From: Azolla caroliniana
Taxonomy: Eukaryota; Plantae; Polypodiophyta
Assembly (NCBI GenBank): GCA_043228905.1
Contig: JBHGNT010000003.1
Location: 1-64,000 of the forward strand
Length of the DNA: 64,000 nucleotides
Direction: 5' to 3'
Below the pieces are notes generated by a model. That model worked only from the letters and a program-made list of their open reading frames with translations. It was not told the origin of the DNA and made no database searches. Shown here piece by piece: positions 53,701 through 64,000 of this stretch (positions within the stretch are counted from its first letter, which is position 1; each line of letters opens with the position of its first letter). The translations under genes and the position numbers were made by a program.

Positions 53701-56700
53701 TCAAAATCATGTTTTTTCAATCCTATATCATAGCTAGCCTTGTTAGCTTTGAATCGCATGTTTGAACATAGAAATTCGATATCACACGAGTCAGGTATGA
53801 ACATTTTCCTTTACTCACGTGCTCTTGTCTATGACTTCCTCAACCTTGCTTTTTTCTTCATTTCTTTGCACCTGAGTTTTATAATCTTGTTTTTCCCTTC
53901 TCATATCATAGCTAGTGTTCTTGCGTTCAAATTGCATGTTTGAACAAAAAAATCCGATACCATAGAGTGTCATTAGCTTCGATTCGCATGTTGGAACACA
54001 AAAATCCGATATGACACGAGCCAGGTGATAACATTTTTATTTACTCTCATGCTCTTGTCTACGCCCTTCTCAACTGTGCTTTTTTCTTCATATCTCTAGA
54101 CCTGAGTTACAAAATTATGAATTTTCAATTTCATATGATAGAGTGCATCGTTAGCTTCGATTCACATGTTTGAACACAAACTTCCAAAATCACATGAACC
54201 AGGTATGAAGATTGTAATTTACACTCGCGCTCTTGTCTAGGCCCTCCTCAACTTTGCTTTTTTCTTCATGTCTCTGGATCGGAGTTTCAAAATCATGTTG
54301 CAACACAAAATTCCGATATCACACGAGCCAGGTATGAACATTTTCATGTACTAAAGCGCTCTTCTCTACGTCCTCCTCATATCTCTCGACCTGAGTTACA
54401 AAATTATGATTTTTCAATTCGACATGATAGAGTGTGTCGTTAGCTTCGATTTGAATGTTTGAACACAAAAATCTGATATGACACGAGAACGGTGAGAACA
54501 TTTACATTTACTCTCGTGCTCTTGATTACGCCCTCCTCAAGTGTGCTTTCTTCTTGATGTCTCACATGAGGAAGGTATAAACTTTTTCCTTTATTCTCGC
54601 ACCATTGTCTACGCCTCCCTCAAATTTGCTTTTTTCTTCATGTCTCTCGACCTGAGTTTCAAAATAATGATTTTTCAATTGTATATCATAGCTTGCGTTG
54701 TTTGCTTCAATTCGCATGTTGGAACACAGAAATCCGATATCACACGAGGTACGTATGAACATTTTCATTTACTCACACGTTCTTGTCTACGTCTTCCTCA
54801 AGTTTGCTATTTTCTTCATGTCTCTCGACCTGAGTTTCAAAATCATGATTTTCACTGCCAAATGATAGCTAGGATTGTTACCTTCGATTTGCATGTTTGA
54901 ACACAAAAATCCGATATCACACGAGGCAGATATGAACATTTTCTTTTACTCACACACTCTTGTTTATGACTTCCTCAACTTTGCTATTTTCTTCATGTCT
55001 CTCCACCTGAGTTTCAAATTCTTGATTTTTCATTCTCATATCATAGCTAGCGTTGTTGCCTTCGATTCGAATGTTTGAACAATGAAATCCAATATCACAC
55101 GAGGCAGGTATGAACATTTTCCTTTACTCGCATGGTCTTGTTTACGACGTCCTCAACTTTGCTATTTTCTCTATGTCTCTCGATTTGAGTTTCAAAATCA
55201 TCATTTTTCACTGCCAAATGATAGCTATCATTATTTCCTTCGATTCGCTATTTGAACACGAAAATCCAATATCACACGAGGTAGGTAGGAAAATTTTCTT
55301 TTACTCACACGCTCTTGTCTACGGCTTCTCCAACTTTGCTATTATCTTCATGTCTCTCGACCTGAGTTTCAAAAACTTGACTTTTCATTCTCATATCATA
55401 GGTAGCGTTGTTGCCTTCGATTCGCATGTTTGAACAATAAAATTCAATATCACACGAGCCAGGTATGAACATTTTCCTTTACTCACATGCTCTTGTCTAC
55501 GACGTCCTCAACTTTGCTATTTTCTTTATGTCTCTCGACTTGAGTTTCAAAATCATCATTTTTCACTGCCAAATGATAGCTAGCATTGTTTCCTTCGATT
55601 CGCTGTTTGAATACGACAATCCGATATCACATGAGGCAGGTATGAACATTTTCTTTTACTCCCACGCTCTTGTATACGACTTCTCCAACTTTGCTATTAT
55701 CTTTATGTCTGTCGACCTGAGTTTCAAAAACTTGATTTTTCCTTTTTAAATAATTGTTAGCGTTGTTGCCTTCGATTCGCATGTTTGAACACAAAAATCC
55801 GATATCACACGAGGCAGGTATGAACATTTTTCTTTACTCACATGCTTTGGTCTACGACGTCCTCAACTTTGTTATTTTCTTCATGTCTCTCCACCTAAGT
55901 TTCAAAATTATGATTTTTCAATCCCATATCATAGCTAGCGTTGTTACCTTCCATTCCTATGTTTGAACACAAAAATACGATATCACATGAGCTACGTATG
56001 AACATTTTCATTTACTCACACATTTTTGTCTACGCCTTCCTTAGCTTTGCTATTTTCTTCGTGTCTCACGACCCAGGTATGAATATTTTCATTTACTAAA
56101 GCGTTCTTCTCTACGTCGTCCTCAACATTGCTTCTTTCTTCATGTCTCTCGACCTGAGTTTCAGAATCATGATTTTTCAATTCCATATCATAGAGTGTGT
56201 CATTAGCTTCGATTCGCATGTTCGAACACAAAAATCCGAAATGACACGAGCTAGGTGAACATTTTCGTTTACTTTCGTCCCCGTGTCTACGCCCTCCTCA
56301 ATTGTGCTTTTTTTCTTCATGCCTCTACACCTGAGTTACAAAATTATGATTTTTCAATTCCATATGATAGAGTGCGTTGTTAGCTGCAATTCGCACATTT
56401 GAACACACTTCCAAAATCACATGAGCCATGTATGAACATTGTCATTTACTCTCGCGCTCTTGTCTAGACCCTCCTCAACTTTTCTTTTTTCTTCATGTCT
56501 CTCGACCTGAGTTTCAAAATCATGATATTTCAATTCCATATCATAGACTGTGTCATTATCTTCGATTCGCATGTTGGAACACATAAATCTGATATCACAC
56601 GAGCCAGGTATGAACATTTTCATTTACTGAAGTGCTCTTCTCTACTACGTCCTCAACTTTGCTTTTTTCTTCATGTCTCTCGACCTGAGTTTCATAATAA

Positions 56701-59297
56701 TGATTTTTCGATTCCATATCATAGAGTGTGTCTTTAGCTTCGATTGGCATGTTGGAACACAAAAATCCGATATGACACGAGCGAGGTGATAACATTTTCA
56801 TTTACTCTCGTGATCTTGTCTACGCCCTCCTCAACTGTGCTTTTTCTTCATGTCTCACATGAGGAAAGTATAAACTTTTTCCTTTATTCTCGCACTATTG
56901 TCTACACCGTCCTCAAATTTGCTTTTTTCTTCATGTCTCTCCACCTGAGTTTCAAAATCATGAATTTTCAATTCCATATCATAGAGTATGTCATTAGCTT
57001 TGATTCTCATGTCGGAACACAAAAATCCGATATCACACGAGCCACATATATACATTTTCATTTACTGAAGTGCTCTTCTTTACGTCGCCCTCAACTTTGC
57101 TTTTTTCTTCATGTCTCTCGACCTGAGTTTCAGAATAATGATTTTTCGATTCAATAGCATAGAGTGTGTCCTTAGCTTCAATTCGCATATTGGAACACAA
57201 AACTCCGATATGACACGAGCCAGGTGAGAACATTTTCATCTACTCTCGTGCTCTTGTCTACGCCCTCCTCAACTGTGCTTTTTTCTTCATGTCTCTAGAC
57301 CTGAGTTACAAAATTATGATTTTTCAATTGCATATACTAGAGTGCATCATTAGCTTCAATTCGCATGTTGGAAAACAAAAATCGGATATCACATGAGGCA
57401 GGTATGAACATTGTCATTTACTCTCGAGCTCTTGTCTATGCCCTCCTCAACTTTGCTTTTTCCTTAATGTCTCTCGAGTTGAGTTTAAAAATCATGATTT
57501 TTCAATTTCATATGATAGAGTACGTCATTAGCTTCGATTTGAATATTTAAACACAAAAATCCAATATCACACAAGGCAGGTATGAACTTTTTCCTTTAGT
57601 GTCACGCTATTGTCTATGCCGTCCTCAACTTTGCTTTTTTCTTCATGTCTCTCGACCTAAGTTTCAAATTCATGATTTTTCAATTCTATATCATAGAGTG
57701 TGTAATTAGCTTCGATTGGCATGTTGGAACACAAAAATCCGATAGCACACGAGCCAGGTATGAACATTTTCATTTACTGAAGTGCTCTTCTCTACGTCGT
57801 CCTCAACTTGGCTTTTTTCTTCATGTCTCTCGACTTGAGTTACAAAATTATGATTTTACAATTCCATATCATAGAATGCGTCGTTAGATTGAATTTGAAT
57901 GTTTGACCAGAAAAATCTGATATGACACGAGCCCGGTGAGAACACTTTCATTTACTCTCGTGCTCTTGTCTACGCCCTCCTCAACTGTGCTTTTTTCTTC
58001 ATGTCTCTAGATCTGAGTTACAAAATTATGATTTTTCAATTGCATATGCTAGAGTGCGTCGTTAGCTTCGATTTGCATGTTGGAAAACAAAAATCGGATA
58101 TCACACAAGGCAGGTATGAACTTTTTCCTTTAGTTTCACGCTATTGTCTATGCCGTCCTCAACTTTGCTTTTTTCTTCATGTCTCTCGACCTAAGTTTCA
58201 AATTCATGATTTTTCAACTCTATATCATAGCGTGTGTAATTACCTTCGATTGGCATGTTGGAACACAAAAATCTGATAGCACACGAGCCAAGTATGAACA
58301 TTTTCATTTACTGAAGCGCTCTTCTCTACGTCGTCCTCAACTTTGCTTTTTTCTTCATGTCTCTCGACTTGAGTTACAAAAGTATGATTTTTCAATTCCA
58401 TATTATAGAATGCGTGGTTAGATTCAATTTGAATGTTTGAACACAAAAATCCGATATCACATGAGCTAGGTGAGAATATTTTCATTTACTGTCGTGCCAG
58501 CTTCGAATCGATTCGCATGTTCGCGTCTTGGATTCAAATATGATAGAGTGCGTCGTTACTCTCGCACTCTTGTCTAGGCCCTCCTCAACTTTGCTTTTTC
58601 TTTAATGTCTCTCGAGCTGAGTTTCAAAATCATGATTTTCCATTGCATATGATAGAGTGCGTCGTTAGCTTCGATTTGAAGATTTCAACACAAAAATCTG
58701 ATATCACACGAGGCAGGTATGAACTTTTTCCTTTATTCTCACGCTATTGTCTACGCCCTCCTCAACTTTTCTTTTTCTTTAATGTCTCTCCACCTTAGTT
58801 TCAAAATCATGATTTTTCAATTCCATATCATAGAGTATGTCATTAGCTTCGATTCGCATGTTGGAATACAAAAATCCGATATCACACGAGCCAGGTATGA
58901 ACATTTTCATTTATTGAAGCGCTCTTCTCTACGTCGTCGTCAACTTTGCTTTTCTCTTCAGGTCTCTTGACTTGAGTTACAATATTATGATTTTTCAATT
59001 CCATATGATAGAGTGCGTCATTAGTTTTGATTCGCATGTTTGAACACAAAATTCCAATATCACATGAGACAGGTATGAATATTGTCATTTACTCTCGCGC
59101 TCTTGTCTAGACCCTCCTCAACCTTTCTTTTTCCTTCATGTCTCTCGATCTGAGTTTCAAAATCATGATTTTTCAATTCATATGATAGAGTGCATCGTTA
59201 GGTTCGATTCGAATGTTTGAACACAAAAATCCAATATCACACGAGCTAGGTATGCACATTTTCCTTTATTCTCGCGCTCTTGTCTGCGCCCTCCTCA
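41736..59297 (+). repeat. 178-bp satellite, old strongly diverged layers (several subfamilies)
   Basis: Core gtttgaacacaaaaatccgatatcacacgag..ggtatgaacattttc retained with ~178-bp spacing. Variants include ctcttgtctacgacctcctcaactttgc, ttttcctttactcac and atagagtgtgtcattagc. Many CG to TG/CA changes. Confidence 0.95.
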
Positions 59298-59310
59298 GAA
59301 TCACGACCTG

Positions 59311-60352
59311 AGTTGAGGACGGCGTAGAAAAGAGCACGAGAGTAAATAAAAATGTTCATACTTGGCTCGTCTGATATCGGATTTTTGTGTTCAAACCTGC
59401 GAATCGAAACTAACAACGCAAGCTATGATATACAATTGAAAAATCATGATTTTGAAACTCAAGTCGAGAGACATGAAGAAAAAAGCAAAGTTGAGGAGGG
59501 CGTAGACAAGAGCGCGAAAGTAAATGAAAATGTTCATACCTGGCTTGTGTGATATCGGATTTTTGTGTTCAATCCTACGAATCAAAGCGAACGATGCGAG
59601 CTATGATATACCATTGAAAAATCATGATTTTAAAACTTAGGTCGAGAGACATGAAGAAAAAGCAATGTTGAGAAGGTCGTAGACATGAGCGCGTGAGTAA
59701 ATGAAAATGTTCATAGCTACCTCGTATCATATCGGATTTTCGTGTTCACACATTCGTATCGAAGCTAATGACGCATTCTATTATATGGTATTGAAAAATC
59801 ATGATTTTGAAACTCAGGTAGAGGTACATGAAGGAAAAAACAATGTTGAGGAGGGTGTGGACATGAGAGCGTGAGTAAATGAAAATGTTCATAGATGCGT
59901 CGTTTGATGTCGGATTTTGGTGTTCACACATGCGAATGGAAGCTAACTAGGAACTCTATAATATGGAATTGAAAAATCATGATTTTGAAACTCAGTTCGA
60001 GAGTCATTAAGGATAAAGAAAAGTTGAGGATGACGTAGAGAAGAGCGCTTGATCAAATGAAAATGTTCATACTTGGCTCGTGTGATATCGGATTTTTGTG
60101 TTCAAACATGTGCATCAAACCTAATGACGCACTCTATCATATGGAATTGAAAAATCATGATTTTGAAATTGAGGTCGGGAGACATGAAGAAAAAAAAAAG
60201 TTGAGGAGGGTGTAGACAAGAGCGTGTGAGTACATGCAAATATTTATACCTGGCTCGTGTGATATTGGATTTTTGTGTTCAAACATGGGAATCAAACCTA
60301 ACAACGCTAGCTATGATATACAATTGAAAAACCATGATTTTGAAACTGAAGG
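59311..60352 (-). repeat. 178-bp satellite in inverted orientation (~6 monomers)
   Basis: Reads as reverse complement of the monomer, e.g. aatgttcatacctggcttgtgtgatatcggatttttgtgttc. Confidence 0.95.
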
Positions 60353-62975
60353 ATTCTTGTGTGTGCCATAGTTCCTAGATTGCCTCCCGATCCGACTCGC
60401 CCCGATTTCTTCTGGGTATACTATATACGGGGCAACCACCCCGACAACGTCTACTTCGAATAGTGGCACGATCTTTGGATGCTCATCAAGGTACCTGTCC
60501 ACCTTGTGCTCTGCTAGTCCCTCCCACATATTAATGCTTTCGGCATAAAGGGGCGTCAACTCCTTACATGTGCCCGTGTGCGGTTGTTTGTCACTCGTAC
60601 TTTTATCTTGCCCCTCCGGATGGTAATGATAGTTTTCTGCTAGTTTTGCTTGATGTGTGTCATCCGTAGCCATGGTCGCCCTAATACCAAGGAATATGCC
60701 CCTTGTGTGTTTAGTTATAGGACCACTGCAGATATCCGGAATGCATGTCCTCCGATTGTAATTTCCAATTCCCGGATTAGTTTGGTTGGCTGGACCGAAC
60801 TTGCTAATGTTGACCACTATCGGTCCTTCCTCCGGATTGGAGAAAAATATCGGTGCTAGCTGGGTGTTTTGTGGTTCTACCACCAATTTTAGTCCTTCAG
60901 TAAATCGGGGAACTAATTGCAATAACCGTCCTAGTGGTAGAATAATTTGACATTCATGTAACGCATGCTATGTTGAGTCCTCGTCCGTGGCCTCTACTAG
61001 TTCCAAGGGTTTGATCTACTCACGCAAGTCAGCCACGTTCCGTTCATTGGCCTTCTGTACCCATTTGATGGCCTGTTTCCGGATGGCCTCTTGAGTCTCC
61101 CACTCTGTAGTTTTGGCCTTCGATCTGGTTGTGACTTGCTGCACGTCGATAACTTTTGCAGCAACCATATTGATGGTTGCTTGCTTTTCATTTGTCTTAG
61201 TCGGACTGGCTACTATAATGACCTTCCTTCTGGCAGTAGTAGCAGTAAACCCTTCGGTTACTACTTGATTTTCCTTCCTCCATCGTTCCCTACTTCCGGA
61301 ATTCATTTGGTTCGTTTCGTCCAACCTCTATTGCTCCGGTTGTGGAACTGGGATGGTCGTTTCTGTATTCGTCTCCCTTCGGTATTCCTTAGCCAGTTCC
61401 CAACGTTTTTCTCGAAGATTCTTTCCCTTCCGGTTGTGGCAACGGAGGTTCTAGTTCCCTTGACGTTCCAGGTACCATCTATCCTGATCGGGGTACTCCG
61501 GTCATTCTGGGTATCTTCTGTCGTCTCTTTTATGGTCATAATCCGGGGAATAGTCGCGATCGTAACACTCTCTATGGTGGTCTCCTCCTCGCCGGTAGTT
61601 GCGTTCTTCGTCATAATCCTCTCTTCTTCTTTCGTCGTATCGGTCCCTTTGTTCCGGTCAATATCGGTCTTCCCTTCGGAATCGTCCCTCTTCTGGTTGT
61701 TGTTCGCTCTGGGGCTCCATGTGTCAGACCGGTGCCACTTGCCGATTGAGCAGGTTGTACTCACACCGGTTCATCGTATAGAACCGGGAGTAGCACAACA
61801 TGCACTGTGTCTGCATCATGCATTCTAATGTCGAGTGATCAAGGTTGAGGCACGTTGTACATTGGACTACATGTCGGAACTGTAAGTTCTCTTCCTTGGG
61901 TAGTGCTCTTTGTAAGGCTGCCATCGCCATGTTATTGATCTATTGAGCCCTATCCATTTCTAGCACTTAGTTGATGACTTCGTCCATGGTGCTTGTCTGG
62001 AAGTCGAATACTATCAGCATCATTCGTAGCGGTTCCCAAAGTGCAGCCGAAAAGACCGCATTTGCCTCGTCTTCCGGAGGTGCCCTTGTCAGTTTGTTGT
62101 GCAGGGTCTGAAAGCGGATCACGAATTGCAAGATTGTCTCATTGAATTCCTGGTAGACCGTATAGAACTGGCCAACTAGCTCTCTTTGCTCTACCTTTTG
62201 GTGAAACAATAGCAGGAACTTATGCTGCAAAACATCGAATGTGGCAAAGCTCCTGGGAAGGTCACATTGCCGCTAGTCCCTCCAATGTCATCCTAAATTC
62301 TGTTATATTTGATCGTTTGACCTCTGCTTCTGTCAGTCGGTGTGAGACATGGTTCGCTACCCATGTCTGTAGAAAAGCGTATACGTGCACTTCCGCATCC
62401 GGTTCATCCCAGTACTTCATGTATGGATATGGCATAGTGTCGTCGGCGAAGGGTAGTACCGCCTCTTCGTTTTCCACCTGCATGTTCAGTGGTGGCGTTG
62501 GTACACTATCGTTCGTGTTCCCGGATTGTTGATCTGGTGGTGGTGTGGATATGCTCTCAGCCTTTCTCTCTGACCGATGGTCTTGCTTTGTTTCATGGCC
62601 CGGTGGTGTAGGTAATGTTGTGTCTGCTTCTGGTGGAGGTGTGTGCTCCGAACCGTCGTCTACCAGATTGTCCGGGGTGTCGTGGTTGCTTCGATAATTC
62701 GACTACACACTATGCTCGTTGTCCGATTTTGACTCAATGTTGGAGAAGGCTTGTGATTCTCTGGTTCTTGTGGCGAGATTGTGCAGTATCGATTCCACCT
62801 GTCATAAGCTACTCAGGCTACTGCCTTCATCGGTATATTGTTGGTTCCGCCGAATCGTTCTGGGAAAAGACCTATCCTGCCGGATCTCCTCGACCGCCTG
62901 CTGGTAAGCATCCCGCAGTCTCTCGGCTAGTAGTCTCGCTCATTTGGTGACTGGGTCGTTTGTCAGTCTAGTCAT
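60353..62975 (-). pseudogene. gag: Decayed gag (capsid-like region, two zinc knuckles) with stops and frameshifts
   Basis: Fragments YWDEPDAEVHVYAFLQTW...TLEGLAA and FLLLFHQKVEQRELVGQFYTVYQEFNETILQFVIRFQTL resemble the retrotransposon Gag QxxxET..F..RF motif. CX2CX4HX4C knuckle CTTCLNLDHSTLEC and a second knuckle CMLCYSRFYTMNRC (His codon apparently CAT to TAT) lie at 61763-61861. No RT, RNase H or integrase seen. Confidence 0.75.
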
Positions 62976-63081
62976 CAATACCTCAATGTTCACTACGCTC
63001 CGCTGTCGTGGAGAAAACCGTCCCTAGGCAAACTCGGAGAATAATGTGCGCGAACTAGCCCTTATACATAGGCACAAGTTT
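60353..63081 (-). mobile_element. Truncated internal region of an LTR retrotransposon (Ty3/gypsy-like; leader plus gag), LTRs not in window
   Basis: Series of minus-strand ORF fragments with Gag-like motifs. Abuts the inverted satellite on the left and is interrupted by a second element on the right. Confidence 0.75.
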
Positions 63082-63657
63082 TGTTGTAATGAATATATTT
63101 AGGTACAAGTCGGTTGATATGAATATCCTAGGTAGCACACATTTGTTAAGTAGAAAATCAAGGCGTATCTCTGTCTGAAAGGATAGACAATAAAGATGAT
63201 GTAACAGGTTGTGACGCCCTCCCTCCTTGGGCTATAAAAGAGAGGGAGAGGAATCGTAATGGGATGAAGTGTTGTCGGACTGGGACCGAGCTCTTCTCCT
63301 CCGTCTTTCTCTGTATTTGCTCTGTGCAGGTTTTCGGGAGGCTGACTCTGCTCCGCGGAACGCCCGAGTGGTTCCGGCCGAGTCTCCATCTCGCGTCTGT
63401 GTGCGTCTGTACGTGTGTGCATGTAGGCGTCAAAGCTTGTCGCTCACCAGTCCGTCGGTTATAACCCCTTTTATCTGATATATATACATACACATACACA
63501 CATTCATCTTGTTTCAATCAGTTGCGGTTTCTGTGTATTTGTGTGTGTGCAAAGCATGACCATCATCTTTCTTGCTTCCCTCCTCCTCTCTTGTTCCTCG
63601 GACAAAGACCCCTGCGGTTCCGCCTCGTTCTACACGCACGCGCGTAATAACGCGACA
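63082..63657 (+). mobile_element. 5' LTR (~576 bp) of a second, nested LTR retrotransposon
   Basis: Begins TGTTGT and ends GCGACA (TG...CA; imperfect inverted termini explained by C to T changes), contains a TATA-like box, and is followed after 4 nt by a primer binding site and a gag ORF. The left end could alternatively be TGTAAT at 63085. Confidence 0.8.
63232..63240 (+). promoter_or_regulatory. TATA-like box in LTR U3
   Basis: ctataaaag located ~150 bp into the LTR in sense orientation. Confidence 0.55.
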
Positions 63658-63661
63658 TATT

Positions 63662-63680
63662 TGGTGAACCTGACGTGAAT
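63662..63680 (+). promoter_or_regulatory. Primer binding site complementary to the 3' end of tRNA-Trp
   Basis: TGGTGAACCTGACGTGAAT versus TGGTGAACCCGACGTGAAT, the reverse complement of the plant cytosolic tRNA-Trp(CCA) 3' end as I recall it. One C to T mismatch at a CG. Confidence 0.8.
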
Positions 63681-63701
63681 AGGCGGCAGAGGAATAGAAA
63701 G

Positions 63702-64000
63702 ATGAGGGGTTCGGAGGTTGCAGATGCCACGGTTTCAGCTGTGGATCGAATAGTGAGTGCGCGCGAAGACGCAAGCGTCCTCGATAGGGCCATTGAAGCG
63801 ATCGTCGGCACGATAGGCCGATTCGGTGGAAAGGACGCCACAAGCTATTTGGAGGCCTACCGAGCCGAAATGGTGATAAGGGACATTCCGGAGAACAAGC
63901 GACTAGCCGGATTCCCTTGGGTGGCAATGCCGAGCATCCATGCGGAGGTGCTCGAGGTACGGGCTGAGAGCCAGCCCTGGGAAGAATTTGAAGGTCGGCT
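63702..64000 (+). CDS. gag: gag N-terminus of nested LTR retrotransposon (partial, runs off window; absent from ORF track)
   Basis: Manual translation is open to the window end: MRGSEVADATVSAVDRIVSAREDASVLDRAIEAIVGTIGRFGGKDATSYLEAYRAEMVIRDIPENKRLAGFPWVAMPSIHAEVLEVRAESQPWEEFEGR. ATG lies ~20 nt after the PBS; FxGKDxTxYL and WEEF resemble Ty3/gypsy capsid motifs. Confidence 0.75.
   Translation, partial: MRGSEVADATVSAVDRIVSAREDASVLDRAIEAIVGTIGRFGGKDATSYLEAYRAEMVIRDIPENKRLAGFPWVAMPSIHAEVLEVRAESQPWEEFEGR

Noticed and set aside
507-59931. More than 100 short ORFs (60-180 aa) with recurring peptides such as MFIPGSCDIGFLCSNMRIEANNASYDMELKNQDFETQVERH and MFEHKNPISHE
   Set aside because: They are translations of the satellite monomer. 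178 is not a multiple of 3, so frames rotate each unit; ORFs appear on both strands and break at random stops.
62944-62952. ttggtga as a second primer binding site
   Set aside because: The match to a tRNA end does not extend, no LTR end precedes it, and it lies antisense within the decayed gag.
63099-63927. ORFs of 66-137 aa across the LTR and antisense to gag
   Set aside because: They lie within a non-coding LTR or antisense to the gag frame starting at 63702, with no domain motifs.

Overview
Eukaryotic repetitive DNA, probably from a non-seed land plant such as a bryophyte (host identity is inference), with no host genes. About 55 kb is a tandem array of a 178-bp centromere-like satellite. 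It is very homogeneous with higher-order repeats at 1-14.3 kb, more diverged at 18.5-41.3 kb, strongly diverged at 41.7-59.3 kb, and inverted at 59.3-60.35 kb. A 4.2-kb minus-strand Penelope-like retroelement (PLE) interrupts the array at 14347-18519. It has an intact 622-aa reverse transcriptase with no GIY-YIG endonuclease, an upstream low-complexity ORF, and a minimal type I hammerhead ribozyme in the 3' region flanked by (GA)n tracts. It also shows a strongly G/T-rich cDNA strand with telomere-like motifs and no target-site duplication. Other insertions are a ~456-bp solo-LTR-like segment at 41.3 kb, a decayed minus-strand LTR-retrotransposon gag region at 60.35-63.08 kb, and a nested plus-strand LTR element with a tRNA-Trp primer binding site and a gag ORF running off the window end. 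The many 60-180 aa ORFs in the satellite are artefacts. All calls were made by eye without alignment or database search.
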